From the NCBI GenBank assembly GCA_965204725.1, contig OZ242005.1, positions 160,001 to 224,000 on the forward strand: a stretch of DNA of 64,000 bases. The letters run 5' to 3'. This document shows, piece after piece, positions 17,601 through 28,167 of this stretch. The position numbers and the translations under genes were made by a program. A model generated the notes under the pieces. The model had not been told where the DNA came from. It saw nothing but the letters and a program-made list of their open reading frames with translations, and did not search any database. The DNA comes from Candidatus Latescibacterota bacterium (lineage in GTDB: Bacteria > Latescibacterota > UBA2968 > UBA8231). Each line of letters begins with the position of its first letter. Within the stretch, counting starts at the first letter, position 1.

Positions 17601-19586
17601 TCAGCCGTGCAGGATGGGGTGGCCGTTGCCGGGGAAGAAAATCATATCGACGATAAACGAGATCCCCACGCCAAAGAAGTGCCCGAGAATGAGGCCGATG
17701 AAAAACGGCGCGGCCTTGCGGTAGAGCTCGATGCCGCCAAAGCGCATGATCAGGCTCTTGGCCGCCCACGACACAAAAATCGCCGGGGCTTGGTTCCGCA
17801 CCATCCAGATCGCGGAAATCGCCAAGCCCACCGGATGCAGGGGCCACCACGGGAAGCGATACTGCATAAACGTCAAAACCGCCATGGCCGCGGCGCCAAG
17901 GCCGAAAAAGCCCAACTTTTGTGCGTGGAAATCGGCCGGGGTTTTTATTTTGCTCAGCGCGTCGTCAAAGGAGCGCACCCCCGCGCCCGAGGAGACGCGG
18001 AAAAACCAAGAGTTGAAGTTGGAGGCCCCCTGCTCGTAGGCCATGGCAATGACGTACACAATGGCGGCGACAAAGCCGACCACTAGGGCCAGTGCAATGG
18101 CCAAGCACAGGCCGCGGCGGCTCATCCGCATGGCGTCGTGCAGCCGGGCGGCATGGGCGGCCGACGGCATGAAAATCGACTGCACATCGCTGAAGAACCC
18201 ATAACTCATCCCCAAGGCCGCCAAGCCCGTCGGCGAAATCGCACTCGTGCCAAAGGTCATCATGGTCATGGCTTGGCTGACTACGGGCGTCGTCAGGTAA
18301 AAGACGCCGGCCTGCACCACCAAGCGGGTGATGCCCAAGTAGGCAATGAGCACGCCGCCCAAGAAAAACGCGGCTACCGACCATTCCATGCCAGCTTTGT
18401 TGAGCCACGCCAGCATATAGACGACCCCGACCAATAGGCCGACGACCGCACTGCGATAGGACATCAACTCGCGGCTGTCGTCAACCGGATGGGCGGGATT
18501 CCACGCTTTGCGCGCCACGTCTTTTAGGTGATCGCGCGCCATCCACAGCCCCCACAGCACCAGCACCACAAAAGCCCCCCAGCACTGCCAAGACGTCGAG
18601 GGCAAGCCCCACACGAAGTTGTCCGCCTCGGTGACGCCCACGCCAAAGCGGTTGAACAGCCCCTCTTCGACCAGCAGCAACAAAAAGAAGAACCAGATAC
18701 TGAAGGTGACGTTGAGGTTGGCGAAATACATGAAGCCGACGACCGGGAAGTAGAAGCGAATGTTGATCGTGGGAAAGCCGTGCGCGATTTGGATGGGATG
18801 GTTCCATTCGATCGTGGGAAAAAAGTGAAAGAAAAAGCCGACGATGTTCCACAAGACGATGCCCAACGGAATAGCCGCCCCCAGCCAAAAGACCTTGTTG
18901 CGCAAAACGGCGGGCACACGCGCCGGGCCATCGGCGTCCGCCACGAGGGCTTGGGGCACTTCCATCAGCGGATAGGCCAGCCGCTCGCGCTCGACCCACT
19001 GCTTGCGCAATATGACGACCAAGCAAAAACAGACCGCGTACAAGGTCCAGATAAAGCTCAGCCACCAAAACAGCGGCATGGCCCACGCATCAAGCAAGGT
19101 GCCCCAAGGCATCGGCTCGCCCAAGGGTAGCCCCTCGAAGAACCAAGTCATGGCCAAACCGTCGTTGCTCGGCAACAGCCACGCCGGCAGGTAGGGCAAC
19201 ACGTAGGTTCCCCACTGGTTTTCAGCCGAGGCAAAGTAGTAGGGCGTAGTGGGGATCGACAGCACGTAGCCCATCATAAAGATGGGGATGCCGGTCGTCA
19301 CCAAGCCCATGACGACGACCGTGATCATCTCGGCCGGGCGCAAAGCCCAGCCGGGGTTGATCGTCTTGAGCAGGATGTTGAGCAGGATGAGGCAGCAGAA
19401 CGAGAAGCCGACCGCAATCGGAAAGAACGACCACGTGATTTCGGACGACCCCAAGACCCAAATGGCGTAGGGCGCACCCAAACACACCACGAGGACTTGG
19501 ACGACGCCGAGCACCAACGAGCGGAGCGTGAGGCCGCTAGCCGCGCCTCGGTGCTGGGTAGGGGCCGCAGTCGGCGAAGTCATCAA
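17601..19586 (-). CDS. Polytopic membrane protein, DUF6785/DUF6784-type putative peptide transporter, copy 1
   Basis: Close tandem paralog of 15638-17593; LTLRSLVLG N-terminus and the same motifs. Confidence 0.8.
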   Translation of the reverse strand: MMTSPTAAPTQHRGAASGLTLRSLVLGVVQVLVVCLGAPYAIWVLGSSEITWSFFPIAVGFSFCCLILLNILLKTINPGWALRPAEMITVVVMGLVTTGIPIFMMGYVLSIPTTPYYFASAENQWGTYVLPYLPAWLLPSNDGLAMTWFFEGLPLGEPMPWGTLLDAWAMPLFWWLSFIWTLYAVCFCLVVILRKQWVERERLAYPLMEVPQALVADADGPARVPAVLRNKVFWLGAAIPLGIVLWNIVGFFFHFFPTIEWNHPIQIAHGFPTINIRFYFPVVGFMYFANLNVTFSIWFFFLLLLVEEGLFNRFGVGVTEADNFVWGLPSTSWQCWGAFVVLVLWGLWMARDHLKDVARKAWNPAHPVDDSRELMSYRSAVVGLLVGVVYMLAWLNKAGMEWSVAAFFLGGVLIAYLGITRLVVQAGVFYLTTPVVSQAMTMMTFGTSAISPTGLAALGMSYGFFSDVQSIFMPSAAHAARLHDAMRMSRRGLCLAIALALVVGFVAAIVYVIAMAYEQGASNFNSWFFRVSSGAGVRSFDDALSKIKTPADFHAQKLGFFGLGAAAMAVLTFMQYRFPWWPLHPVGLAISAIWMVRNQAPAIFVSWAAKSLIMRFGGIELYRKAAPFFIGLILGHFFGVGISFIVDMIFFPGNGHPILHG

Positions 19587-19637
19587 AAGCCAACTTCAGA
19601 GGCACTGCGAGCGGGATTCAACACACCCAAGCATCTC

Positions 19638-21236
19638 CTATAGCCCGGCCGCGTGGCGACCGGCCGCCGGATCGCCCGCCGCGTAGTACGTGCCCGCGTC
19701 GGCCCACAGCATCACCGGCGTGGCGATGGGGCCTGTGCGGGCCTCAACTTGGTGCCCGCGCCGCGCCAGCTCGCCCCGGACCTGTGAGTCAACGGCCGCG
19801 CTGATGGCCAGCGAGCCAGCCTGAATGAACGTCTGCTCGCGCACTGGGTTGGGGTCAAACGAGTCCTCGTGGTGATCCGTAGCAAAGCGCGGCGCGACGA
19901 CCGCCTCGGCCGGGCGCATCCCAAACTCCACAAAGTCGAGCAAAAGGTTCAAGGTGGCTTGGTCTTGTAGGTCGCCGCCGGCCACGCTGATGGCCAACAC
20001 GGGCGCACCGTCTTTGAGTACCAGCGTAGGCGTCAGGGTGATGCGGGGGCGCTTGCCCGGCGCGATGCAGTTGGGGTGCCCAGCGGTGGTGTTGAGGCTG
20101 CGCAGGCGGTTGCCATAAGAGATGCCCGTGCGGCCGCTGCCCCCAGCGTGATAGACATTCGCGCTCGGCGTAGCCGACACGACCATGCCCCAGCGGTCGG
20201 CCACCACGCACGTGGTCGTGCCGCCGACCCCGGGCCGGAACGCGCCCCCCTCCTGCACCGCCCTCATGCCGAGCGGGTCGCCCGGGCGGGCGTCCAGTGC
20301 CGCTTGGCCCATGTCGATTAGGGGCCGCCGGAGTTGGGTGTACTCGTCGGACAGCAAGGCGTTCATGGGCACCTCCACGAACAGAGGGTCGCCGTAGTGC
20401 GCGTCGCGGTCGGCCATGGCCAATTTCATGGCTTCGACCACCGCGTGGACGTAGTCGGCCGAGCAAGGCCCCATGCTTTTGAGGTCAAACCCTTCGAGCA
20501 GGCGCAGTGCTTGACACAGATAGGGGCCTTGGGTCCACGGGCCGCACTTGTACACTTGGTAGCCCCGGTAATCAACCCTCACCGGCTCTTCGATCAAGGT
20601 CCTATGAGCGGCCAAGTCCGCCCGGCGCAAGAACCCGCCCTGCTCCACGTAGAACGCCTCTAGGTCCTCGGCTATATCGCCGCGCTCGGCTCGGCGACCA
20701 TAGAAGTGATCGCCGGCCGCTTGCAACTTCTCTGCGCGATTGCCCGCCGCGCAGTGCTCTTGCTCAACGAGGCGTCGCAGCGTCCGCGCTAAGCAGGGGT
20801 GCCACTCCTCTTCGCCTTTGTCGAGCAGGGCCAAGGTCGGCGCGACAATCTCGGCAAAGCTCTGCGTGCCGTAGTGCTGCAAGAGGGTGATGCACAAATC
20901 CACGACCGCGGGCACCGGCGCCATCTTGATGTCGTGGTCCGGGATGCCGTGCTCCATGTACCAAGCAATGGCCGCCGGCGACAGCGGCGCCCGCCCTTGG
21001 CCCGACAGCGACTTGACCGCCTGCCCGTCCCAAATAAGCACCGGCACTTCCCCACCGATGGAGCAGGCCCCGTGATCGGTGACGTTGAGCGCGAGAATCG
21101 CGCCGGCCGTGGCGTCGGCCGCATTGCCGCCTTGGCCGAGGATTTCAAGGCCAGCAGCTACCGCCCCGGCCCCACCGGCCGCAATGACGCCGGTCTTGCT
21201 CTGGGCCTGCCAGCCGATCTGATTTACCCTAGTCAT
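19638..21236 (-). CDS. ggt: Gamma-glutamyltransferase family protein
   Basis: GGNAADA, SIGGE, MKLAMADRDAHYGDP, nucleophile GTTTCVVADRWG, PGKRPRITLTP, GGDLQDQ. Confidence 0.9.
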   Translation of the reverse strand: MTRVNQIGWQAQSKTGVIAAGGAGAVAAGLEILGQGGNAADATAGAILALNVTDHGACSIGGEVPVLIWDGQAVKSLSGQGRAPLSPAAIAWYMEHGIPDHDIKMAPVPAVVDLCITLLQHYGTQSFAEIVAPTLALLDKGEEEWHPCLARTLRRLVEQEHCAAGNRAEKLQAAGDHFYGRRAERGDIAEDLEAFYVEQGGFLRRADLAAHRTLIEEPVRVDYRGYQVYKCGPWTQGPYLCQALRLLEGFDLKSMGPCSADYVHAVVEAMKLAMADRDAHYGDPLFVEVPMNALLSDEYTQLRRPLIDMGQAALDARPGDPLGMRAVQEGGAFRPGVGGTTTCVVADRWGMVVSATPSANVYHAGGSGRTGISYGNRLRSLNTTAGHPNCIAPGKRPRITLTPTLVLKDGAPVLAISVAGGDLQDQATLNLLLDFVEFGMRPAEAVVAPRFATDHHEDSFDPNPVREQTFIQAGSLAISAAVDSQVRGELARRGHQVEARTGPIATPVMLWADAGTYYAAGDPAAGRHAAGL

Positions 21237-21296
21237 CTGTTTCTCCTTGTCAAAAAAAGATGGGCCGCACTTGGCGCCGCTTGGGACGGCAGAGTG

Positions 21297-21848
21297 CTAG
21301 AAAATCTCGTCTAGATCCATAGTGAAGCCGGCGAGCGTGGGCGAGGTCATCGTCTGCCCCTCGCCATAGATGGCCTCCACCTCAAAGGCACCCTCGCCGA
21401 GCCGCAGGACTGTCGCTGTCCGAGCGTCTGGATCGACCAGCCAGTACTCCTTTACGCCGTGTTTGGCGTACAGAGCGCGTTTGAGCGTCCGGTCCCGCCC
21501 AGCGGTGGAAGAGGACAGGATTTCGACGACCAAATCCGGCGCACCGCAGACATTTGCGCCGCCGAACAGCAGATGCGCTCGCTCATTGGAGACGAACAGC
21601 AGGTCCGGCTGCACCACGTCCGCGTCCGACAGCACCACGTCGCAGGGCGCGAAAAAGACTTCACCTAAACCTCTCTCTTCCACAAAGGTATAGAGCCGTG
21701 TTCCTATCCTAGTGCCAATTCTCTGGTGCCCCAGATTGGGCGCGGGGGCCATAATCAACGCTCCTTCCAATAACTCATAGCGCTTGTCCTCCGGGGTGTG
21801 CTGGTAGTCCTCATAAGTGAACTTGACGGCTGGGTTGGGGCTGAGCAT
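21297..21848 (-). CDS. Uma2 family endonuclease
   Basis: RYELLEG, VVQPDLLFV, GAPDLVVEILS, KRALYAKHGVKEYWLVDP. Confidence 0.95.
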   Translation of the reverse strand: MLSPNPAVKFTYEDYQHTPEDKRYELLEGALIMAPAPNLGHQRIGTRIGTRLYTFVEERGLGEVFFAPCDVVLSDADVVQPDLLFVSNERAHLLFGGANVCGAPDLVVEILSSSTAGRDRTLKRALYAKHGVKEYWLVDPDARTATVLRLGEGAFEVEAIYGEGQTMTSPTLAGFTMDLDEIF

Positions 21849-21899
21849 AGCACCCTCCTCTCTCGTCGCTTGCTGTGCGGTTTACGGACTTCGGGGCAA

Positions 21900-22721
21900 C
21901 TATTCGGCGAGCCGCCCAATCGGCTGGCGCGGGCCGACCAAGATCATCCGGCCCCACGTGTTGTCGTCGTCGCCGTTGCCGTAGATCATGAAGTGGCCGC
22001 CGTACGCGCCGCCGTCCGGGTCGGTGTGGACGATTTCCATGCTGTATTCGTCGCCCACTTGCGGCGGCTGCCAGCGGGGGTCGCTTTGGCCAAAAGTCGG
22101 CGTCATTTCGACGCGGGCCTCTAGAATAAAATCAGCCGCACTCCGGCCCCAAGGATCCATGCGGACGACGTAGTCGCAAGCGGCCTCGGGAATCGGCTCT
22201 TCAATGTAGGTCTGGCCGGGCGCTCCGTGCCGCCACCACGCGTTTCGCCGGGCGGGCTGAGGATCGGCGATAAAGCAAAAGGCGTTGTCGCCTTGGCCGA
22301 AGCGCTCGTTGGCCCGGTCGCGCGGGCCTTCCATAAACCAGCAAATCGCATCCTTGAAATACCAGCGCTTGTCGGCCGGCTCCGGGTCGTCGAGGTCGTT
22401 GACATTGTCCCAGACCTCGGCTCCTAAGTAGAAGTTGTGCGCGTCCCAAGCAATGTAGTAGCGGGCGCTCAAGTCCTCGGCGAGCGACGGCTCGTCGCCG
22501 TGGTCCGTAAGGCGGTTGCGCGCCCCGCGATCGAGGCGGTAAAAGCCGGCCTCGCTGATGCGGCGCATGTCCCAGACGCCATCGTTGTGGGCGCGGTCCT
22601 TCCACTCGGAGAGATCGCCGTCGATCGTCGGGGCCGCCTCCAACAAGGGGGCGTTGATGTTCACGTCCGCACGCGCGGCCGAGGCCGCGAGCAAAATCGC
22701 GCATACAGCAAAGGGCAGCAT
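21900..22721 (-). CDS. Secreted CBM9-like sugar-binding domain protein
   Basis: Signal peptide ..AARA; APTIDGDLSEW, DLSARYYIAWD..NFYLGAEVWD. Confidence 0.75.
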   Translation of the reverse strand: MLPFAVCAILLAASAARADVNINAPLLEAAPTIDGDLSEWKDRAHNDGVWDMRRISEAGFYRLDRGARNRLTDHGDEPSLAEDLSARYYIAWDAHNFYLGAEVWDNVNDLDDPEPADKRWYFKDAICWFMEGPRDRANERFGQGDNAFCFIADPQPARRNAWWRHGAPGQTYIEEPIPEAACDYVVRMDPWGRSAADFILEARVEMTPTFGQSDPRWQPPQVGDEYSMEIVHTDPDGGAYGGHFMIYGNGDDDNTWGRMILVGPRQPIGRLAE

Positions 22722-22732
22722 GAGTGGTCTCC

Positions 22733-23479
22733 TCAGCGATAGTCTTCGGCTCGGTCCGCGGGCACAAAGCCCACCGTCTGGCGAGCGTGCTCCAAGTCGC
22801 GGTAGCCCCATTTGTTGTCCGAGTTGACGAAGAAGGTGTCGAAGGGCAAATCGGGCGGGGCGGCAAGGCATTTTTCGATCATCTGCACTGCGTCGCGCTG
22901 GCTACACCAGACGCAGTATTCGCGGGCTTGGGTCGGGCGGTCTTCCGGGTTGACGCGGCCAAAGCGCAGGCAGAAGACCGACATGCCGTGGGCCGCGGCG
23001 TATTCGCGGCTCAGCGCTTCGCCCCACACCTTGCTGGCCGCGTACAGGCCCGTAGGCCGCAGGGGCGATTGCGCCGTCAGCATGGGCCACGCCGCCGGTA
23101 CTTGGTCGTACTCGCCGGCCAAAAGCTCCTTGTATGGAGAAAGCACCGCGTACCCGCCCATGACCGACCCGCTGCTGGCAAAGAGGACGCGCCGCACCCC
23201 GGCCTCGCGGGCCGCGGCGAAAACGTTGCCGGTGCCCTGCAAGTTGGCGCGGAAGATCGCCGACAGGTCGTTGGCGATGTGGGCGGCGAGATGGACAACC
23301 GCATCCACCCCGGCAAAGGCCGGCCGGATGGCGTCGAGATCGGCGATGTCGGCCCGGTGGCAGTCGATCCCGGACAGGGGGCGGCGGTTGAGGGCGCGCA
23401 GGGTATAGTGCCGGCCGAGGCTGGCGACCGCGGCCGTGCCGATCAGGCCGGTGGCTCCGGTGATGAGGACGGTTTGCAT
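22733..23479 (-). CDS. NAD-dependent epimerase/dehydratase (uronate dehydrogenase-like SDR)
   Basis: LITGATGLIG, VVHLAA, FASS, YAASK, LRFG. Confidence 0.9.
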   Translation of the reverse strand: MQTVLITGATGLIGTAAVASLGRHYTLRALNRRPLSGIDCHRADIADLDAIRPAFAGVDAVVHLAAHIANDLSAIFRANLQGTGNVFAAAREAGVRRVLFASSGSVMGGYAVLSPYKELLAGEYDQVPAAWPMLTAQSPLRPTGLYAASKVWGEALSREYAAAHGMSVFCLRFGRVNPEDRPTQAREYCVWCSQRDAVQMIEKCLAAPPDLPFDTFFVNSDNKWGYRDLEHARQTVGFVPADRAEDYR

Positions 23480-23581
23480 GGCGTGTCGTGTCTGATGTAT
23501 AAACCAACCTGCTTAACATGGCAAGCTCCCACCCAGCCGCGCGGATTGTCGGCAAGGGGCGGTTTGGCTAATATAACCCCC

Positions 23582-24862
23582 GTGAAATCCGCGAAAAAAC
23601 GACTCATTCCATTACTTATACTTACGAGCCTACTCGTCGCCTGCGGGGGCGACGACCGCCCGCGGCCCGGCGAGCCGACCGAGGTGGTGTTGTGGGAGTT
23701 CGGGGGCGTACCGGGGCTGCGCGCATGGGTGCAGCAGGCCGTGGCCGACTTCAACGCCGAGCGCAGCGACATCCAAATCGAGCTGGAATTCCGCGATTGG
23801 GCTACCCAGCGCGAGAGCCTGATCAGCACCACCATCGTCGGCGATGGGCCGGATATTGTGCGGGTGCATCACAAGTACGCGGTGGAGTTCGGCGAGTTGG
23901 GGGGCTTGTACGCGCTGGAGAATTTCCCCGACTTTCCCCAAGTCAAGGAGCGCGTCCTCGACAACGTCTGGGATCTGGTCGAATACGACGACCAGCACTA
24001 CGGCCTGCCGGTGACCATGCTGCCCTTCGTGCTGGCGGTCAATACCGACATCATGGCGAGGATGGGGCTCGAAGTCCCCCAGACTTGGGACGAGATGCTG
24101 GCCCTCGGCCCCAAGTTCGCCGGTACGGGGATCGATCCTTTTACCATGCCCGGGGGCGTCAACCTAGACACGGCCTACCGCTTCTTGCCGCTGCTGTACA
24201 AAGCGGGCGGGCGCGTCTTTAACGAAGATTGGTCGGCCGCCGCCTTTAACGGCCCGGCCGGGCAGGCGGCGCTGGAGTTTTTGGTCGAGATGAAGGTCAA
24301 GGGCTATTTGCCGGCCGGCAGCGCGGCGTATCGCTTCGACGAGAACGCCGCGCACTGGTCAACGGGCAAGGCGGCCCTGTCGATTGAGGGGCCGTGGTGG
24401 CAGGACATCGTCCACGGCAACTACGGCTTCGATCTGAACAATCTGGCGCTGGCGCAAATCCCCGCGCCCGCCACGCATATCGGGCCACGCGAATCGCGGA
24501 CGTTGCTCGACGTAATCATGATTTCCATAACGGGCTATACCAAGGTGCCCAATGAGGCTTGGGAAGTGGTCAAGGTGCTGGACTTGGACCATCCGGTCTG
24601 GCGCAATCCCAACCCGACCATGGGGGGTATTCCCACGCTCAAGGCGGCTTATGCCGAAGGCGTCCAGTCCGATTACATCGACTTAGACCAACTCGCTCTA
24701 GCCGGGGCCAATGGGCTGGGCTGGCCGGGGCATCCGGCCATTACCCAAATCCAGCGGCACATTGCCGACGCGGTCAATATGGCCCTGACCGGCACGCTAA
24801 GTCCCAAGGAGGCGTTGGACTTGGCGGCCGAAGAAGTGGATGAGGTGTTGAGTGATTACTAG
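23582..24862 (+). CDS. Carbohydrate ABC transporter substrate-binding lipoprotein (CUT1)
   Basis: GTG start MKSAKKRLIPLLILTSLLVAC lipobox; GPDIV, YGLP, PQTWDEM, LSPKEALD. Confidence 0.9.
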   Translation: MKSAKKRLIPLLILTSLLVACGGDDRPRPGEPTEVVLWEFGGVPGLRAWVQQAVADFNAERSDIQIELEFRDWATQRESLISTTIVGDGPDIVRVHHKYAVEFGELGGLYALENFPDFPQVKERVLDNVWDLVEYDDQHYGLPVTMLPFVLAVNTDIMARMGLEVPQTWDEMLALGPKFAGTGIDPFTMPGGVNLDTAYRFLPLLYKAGGRVFNEDWSAAAFNGPAGQAALEFLVEMKVKGYLPAGSAAYRFDENAAHWSTGKAALSIEGPWWQDIVHGNYGFDLNNLALAQIPAPATHIGPRESRTLLDVIMISITGYTKVPNEAWEVVKVLDLDHPVWRNPNPTMGGIPTLKAAYAEGVQSDYIDLDQLALAGANGLGWPGHPAITQIQRHIADAVNMALTGTLSPKEALDLAAEEVDEVLSDY

Positions 24863-25745
24863 AAAAAACTTGACGCCGTACTATTTCTTGCTGCCGGCCA
24901 TGCTGGTTTTGGCGGTGGTCATCCTCTACCCGGTGTTTAGCAACCTGATCATGAGCCTGCACAAGGTGAAGCTCTTTCGCGGGGCTGGCGACGAGTTCAT
25001 CGGCCTGACCCACTACGCCAAGCTCCTCGGCAGCCGCACCTTTGTCAACAGTATATGGAGTTCGGTGCGCTTCGCGCTCTACTCCCTGCCGGTGGCCTTC
25101 GTCTTGGGCTTGGGTATGGCCTTGATCTTCAACGAAATTCGCAAGTATCGGCCGGTCTTTACTGGCTTTCTGCTCATCCCTTGGGCCATCGCCCCGGTCG
25201 TAACCGGCTACTTATGGCGCTGGCTCTTCCACGACAGCTTCGGGCTGGTCAATCACCTGCTTTTGAGCCTCGGCTTCATCGACGCCAATATCCCTTGGCT
25301 GGCGCAGCCCGACGCGGCCCTCGGCGCGGTGGTGGTCGCCAATGTTTGGCGCTTCATGCCTTATATAACCATCATGCTGCTGGCGGGTTTGCAGGGGGTT
25401 TCGGCCGAGCTATACGAGGCCGCGCACGTCGATGGGGCCAATGTGTTCGAGCGCTTCTTCCACGTGACCCTGCCGCAGCTCAAACACGTGATCGGCGTAG
25501 TCTTTCTCTTCGCCACGATTTGGATGGTCAACGACTTCGCCCTGATCTTCATAATGACCGAGGGCGGCCCGGCCAAGGCCACGCAAGTGGTGCCGATAAC
25601 GGTCTATCGCATCGCCTTTGAGCACCTGCGCCTCGGCAAGGGCGCGGCCGCCGCGCTCATTCTGCTGCTCTTTTTGCTGGCCATGAGCATCGTCTTTATC
25701 CGCGTACTCTTCCGCGAGGAGAGGCGAGGGGCGAATGCGAATTAA
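24852..25745 (+). CDS. Carbohydrate ABC transporter permease
   Basis: FLLPA, LYEAAHVDGA EAA motif, TEGGP. Confidence 0.93.
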   Translation: MITRKNLTPYYFLLPAMLVLAVVILYPVFSNLIMSLHKVKLFRGAGDEFIGLTHYAKLLGSRTFVNSIWSSVRFALYSLPVAFVLGLGMALIFNEIRKYRPVFTGFLLIPWAIAPVVTGYLWRWLFHDSFGLVNHLLLSLGFIDANIPWLAQPDAALGAVVVANVWRFMPYITIMLLAGLQGVSAELYEAAHVDGANVFERFFHVTLPQLKHVIGVVFLFATIWMVNDFALIFIMTEGGPAKATQVVPITVYRIAFEHLRLGKGAAAALILLLFLLAMSIVFIRVLFREERRGANAN

Positions 25746-26574
25746 AACCCAAGCGACGCTCCGCGCCTATCTCGCCTACGGCTTAGGCTCGATTTTCGTC
25801 CTCGCGCTGGTGATGCCGCTGCTTTGGGTGGTGACCACGTCCATGCGCCCCCTGTCCGAGATGACGCAGACGCCGCCTTTAGTCTTTCCGCGCTCCCTCA
25901 CCTTGCGTGCGTACGTCGAGATGTGGGACACCGGGCCGTTTGTCAAATACTTTGCCAACAGCGTGGCGATTTCCCTTTCGACCGCCCTCATTGCCCTCGC
26001 GTTTAGCGTCTGCGCGGCCTACGCCTTTGCCCGCTTCCGCTTTCGCGGCAACACCTTGTTGCTGATGGTGGTGGTGATGTCGCAAATGCTGCCCGGCTCG
26101 TCGATCCTCATCCCGCTCTTTCAGGTGATTCGCTCGCTCGGCTTGCTCGACACGCACGTGGGCATGGTGCTGATCTACACGGGCTTTGCCATCCCCTTTT
26201 GCACTTGGCTGCTCAACGGCTATTTCCGCGCCATCCCCACCGACCTAGAGCAGGCCGCGCTCATCGACGGCTGCAATCGCCTCCAGCTACTCTACCGCAT
26301 CGTCTTGCCGCTGGCCGCGCCGGCAATCGTGGCGGTGGGGACCTTTGCGTTTTTGCTTTCGTGGAATGAATTTTTGTTCGCCTTTGTGTTTACCAAATCC
26401 CAAGCCCTGACCATTCCGGTGGGGCTGCGCGCCGCTTTTTTGGGGCAATACGTCAACAAATACGACCAGCTATTCGCCGCGTCGCTGATTTTTAGCCTGC
26501 CGCCCATCGCGCTCTTCGTGGGGTTGCAGCGGTATTTTGTGCAGGGACTGACGGCTGGGGCTGTCAAGGGATAA
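25735..26574 (+). CDS. Carbohydrate ABC transporter permease
   Basis: IPTDLEQAALIDG, SWNEFL, QRYFVQGLTAGAVKG. Confidence 0.93.
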   Translation: MRIKTQATLRAYLAYGLGSIFVLALVMPLLWVVTTSMRPLSEMTQTPPLVFPRSLTLRAYVEMWDTGPFVKYFANSVAISLSTALIALAFSVCAAYAFARFRFRGNTLLLMVVVMSQMLPGSSILIPLFQVIRSLGLLDTHVGMVLIYTGFAIPFCTWLLNGYFRAIPTDLEQAALIDGCNRLQLLYRIVLPLAAPAIVAVGTFAFLLSWNEFLFAFVFTKSQALTIPVGLRAAFLGQYVNKYDQLFAASLIFSLPPIALFVGLQRYFVQGLTAGAVKG

Positions 26575-26586
26575 GGAGTCCGCGCG

Positions 26587-28161
26587 ATGCGTTTTTTTAA
26601 TACCAGCGGTCCGGTGGTCGCCGCCGACCACTACTGCATCCCGCCGTTGGAGCGGCTGAACCTTGCCGAGGTGCGTCGGCTCATTCGCGACAAACGCTAC
26701 TTCGTCCTACACGCGCCGCGGCAAACGGGCAAGACCTCGGCCCTGCTAGCCCTGCGCGATCTGCTCAACGCCGAAGGGAACTACGGCTGCGTGTACGTCA
26801 ACGTGGAAGGCGGGCAGGCCGGGAACGACGATGTGGAACAGGTGATGCGTACCATCTTGGGCGAACTAGCGTCTTGGGCGCGTTCGACGCTGGGCGACGA
26901 GTTTTTGGATGCCATCTGGCTCGATATTTTGGCAAAGTACGGTCCACGCAGCGCACTGCGCGAGGCCCTGACGCGCTGGTCAGCGGCGGCACCAAAGCCG
27001 CTGGTGCTGCTCATCGACGAAATCGATGCCCTGATCGGCGATTCGCTGCTGTCGGTGCTGCGGCAGTTGCGGGCGGGCTACGTGCGTCGGCCCGGGGAGT
27101 TTCCGCAGAGCGTGGTGTTGTGCGGGGTGCGCGATGTGCGCGATTACCGCATTCAATCGACGGCCGAGAACGCCATCGTCACCGGCGGCAGCGCGTTCAA
27201 CATCAAGGCGCGGTCGCTCCGGCTGGGCGACTTTTCCCGCGAGGAGGTGTCCGCCTTGCTGGGGCAGCACACCGCCGAGACCGGCCAAGCGTTCACCGCC
27301 GAGGCGGTGGAGACGGTGTGGACGCAGACCCAAGGGCAGCCGTGGCTGGTCAACGCCCTCGCTGACGAAGCCTGCTTTTACGGCGTCGCCCAAGACCGAC
27401 GCCATCCGGTTGCGGCCGACGCCATCCACACCGCACAAGAGCAACTCATCCTGCGGCGCGAGACGCATCTGGACCAGTTGGCCGACAAGCTCAAGGAGGA
27501 GCGGGTGCGCCGGGTAGTCGAGCCGCTGCTGAGCGGCGGCGAGCAGCGCCGCTTTGTGGACCGCGATTTGGAGTATGTGCGCGATCTGGGGCTGGTCGCG
27601 CAAGACCGTCCACTCCGCATTGCCAACCCCATCTACGCTGAAGTCGTGCCGCGCGAGTTGACGTGGGTCGTGCAAGAGGAGTTTGATCAAGAAACCGCGT
27701 GGTACGTAGATAGCGACGGGAGGTTGGACGTGGGCGAGTTGCTATCGGCGTTCCAAGCGTTCTTCCGCGAGCACTCCGAGCACTGGGTGGAGCGGTTCGA
27801 GTACAAGGAAGCGGGGCCGCAGTTGCTGTTGCAGGCGTTTTTGCAGCGCGTCGTCAACAGCGGCGGCCGCATCGAGCGCGAATACGGCCTCGGTCGGGGT
27901 CGGACGGACTTACTCATTGTATGGCCGCAGGGCGAACAGACGCGCCGGTTCGTGGTCGAGTGCAAGGTGCTGCACAAGAGCTTGGCGCAGACCGTGGCCG
28001 AGGGGGTCGAGCAGACCGCCGGGTACGTGGACCGTTGCGAGGCTGAGGCCGGTCATCCGGTGATTTTCGACCGACGTGTGGACCGACGGTGGGCGGACAA
28101 AGTGTTCCACGACCGCCGGACCGCGGACCGCGGGGTGCCGATCGATATTTGGGGAATGTAA
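26587..28161 (+). CDS. AAA-like ATPase with C-terminal PD-(D/E)XK nuclease-like domain
   Basis: FFNTSGP, APRQTGKT, LIDEID, GGSAFNI, GQPWLVN, EREYGLGRGRTDL..VVECK. Confidence 0.9.
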   Translation: MRFFNTSGPVVAADHYCIPPLERLNLAEVRRLIRDKRYFVLHAPRQTGKTSALLALRDLLNAEGNYGCVYVNVEGGQAGNDDVEQVMRTILGELASWARSTLGDEFLDAIWLDILAKYGPRSALREALTRWSAAAPKPLVLLIDEIDALIGDSLLSVLRQLRAGYVRRPGEFPQSVVLCGVRDVRDYRIQSTAENAIVTGGSAFNIKARSLRLGDFSREEVSALLGQHTAETGQAFTAEAVETVWTQTQGQPWLVNALADEACFYGVAQDRRHPVAADAIHTAQEQLILRRETHLDQLADKLKEERVRRVVEPLLSGGEQRRFVDRDLEYVRDLGLVAQDRPLRIANPIYAEVVPRELTWVVQEEFDQETAWYVDSDGRLDVGELLSAFQAFFREHSEHWVERFEYKEAGPQLLLQAFLQRVVNSGGRIEREYGLGRGRTDLLIVWPQGEQTRRFVVECKVLHKSLAQTVAEGVEQTAGYVDRCEAEAGHPVIFDRRVDRRWADKVFHDRRTADRGVPIDIWGM

Positions 28162-28167
28162 CCGCAT

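Noticed and set aside
22724-23581. N-terminal extension of the 712-aa ORF
   Set aside because: Antisense to the epimerase gene; the real lipoprotein starts at GTG 23582.
23582-26574. ABC system lacking an ATPase
   Set aside because: CUT1 systems commonly share an MsmX/MalK-type ATPase encoded elsewhere.
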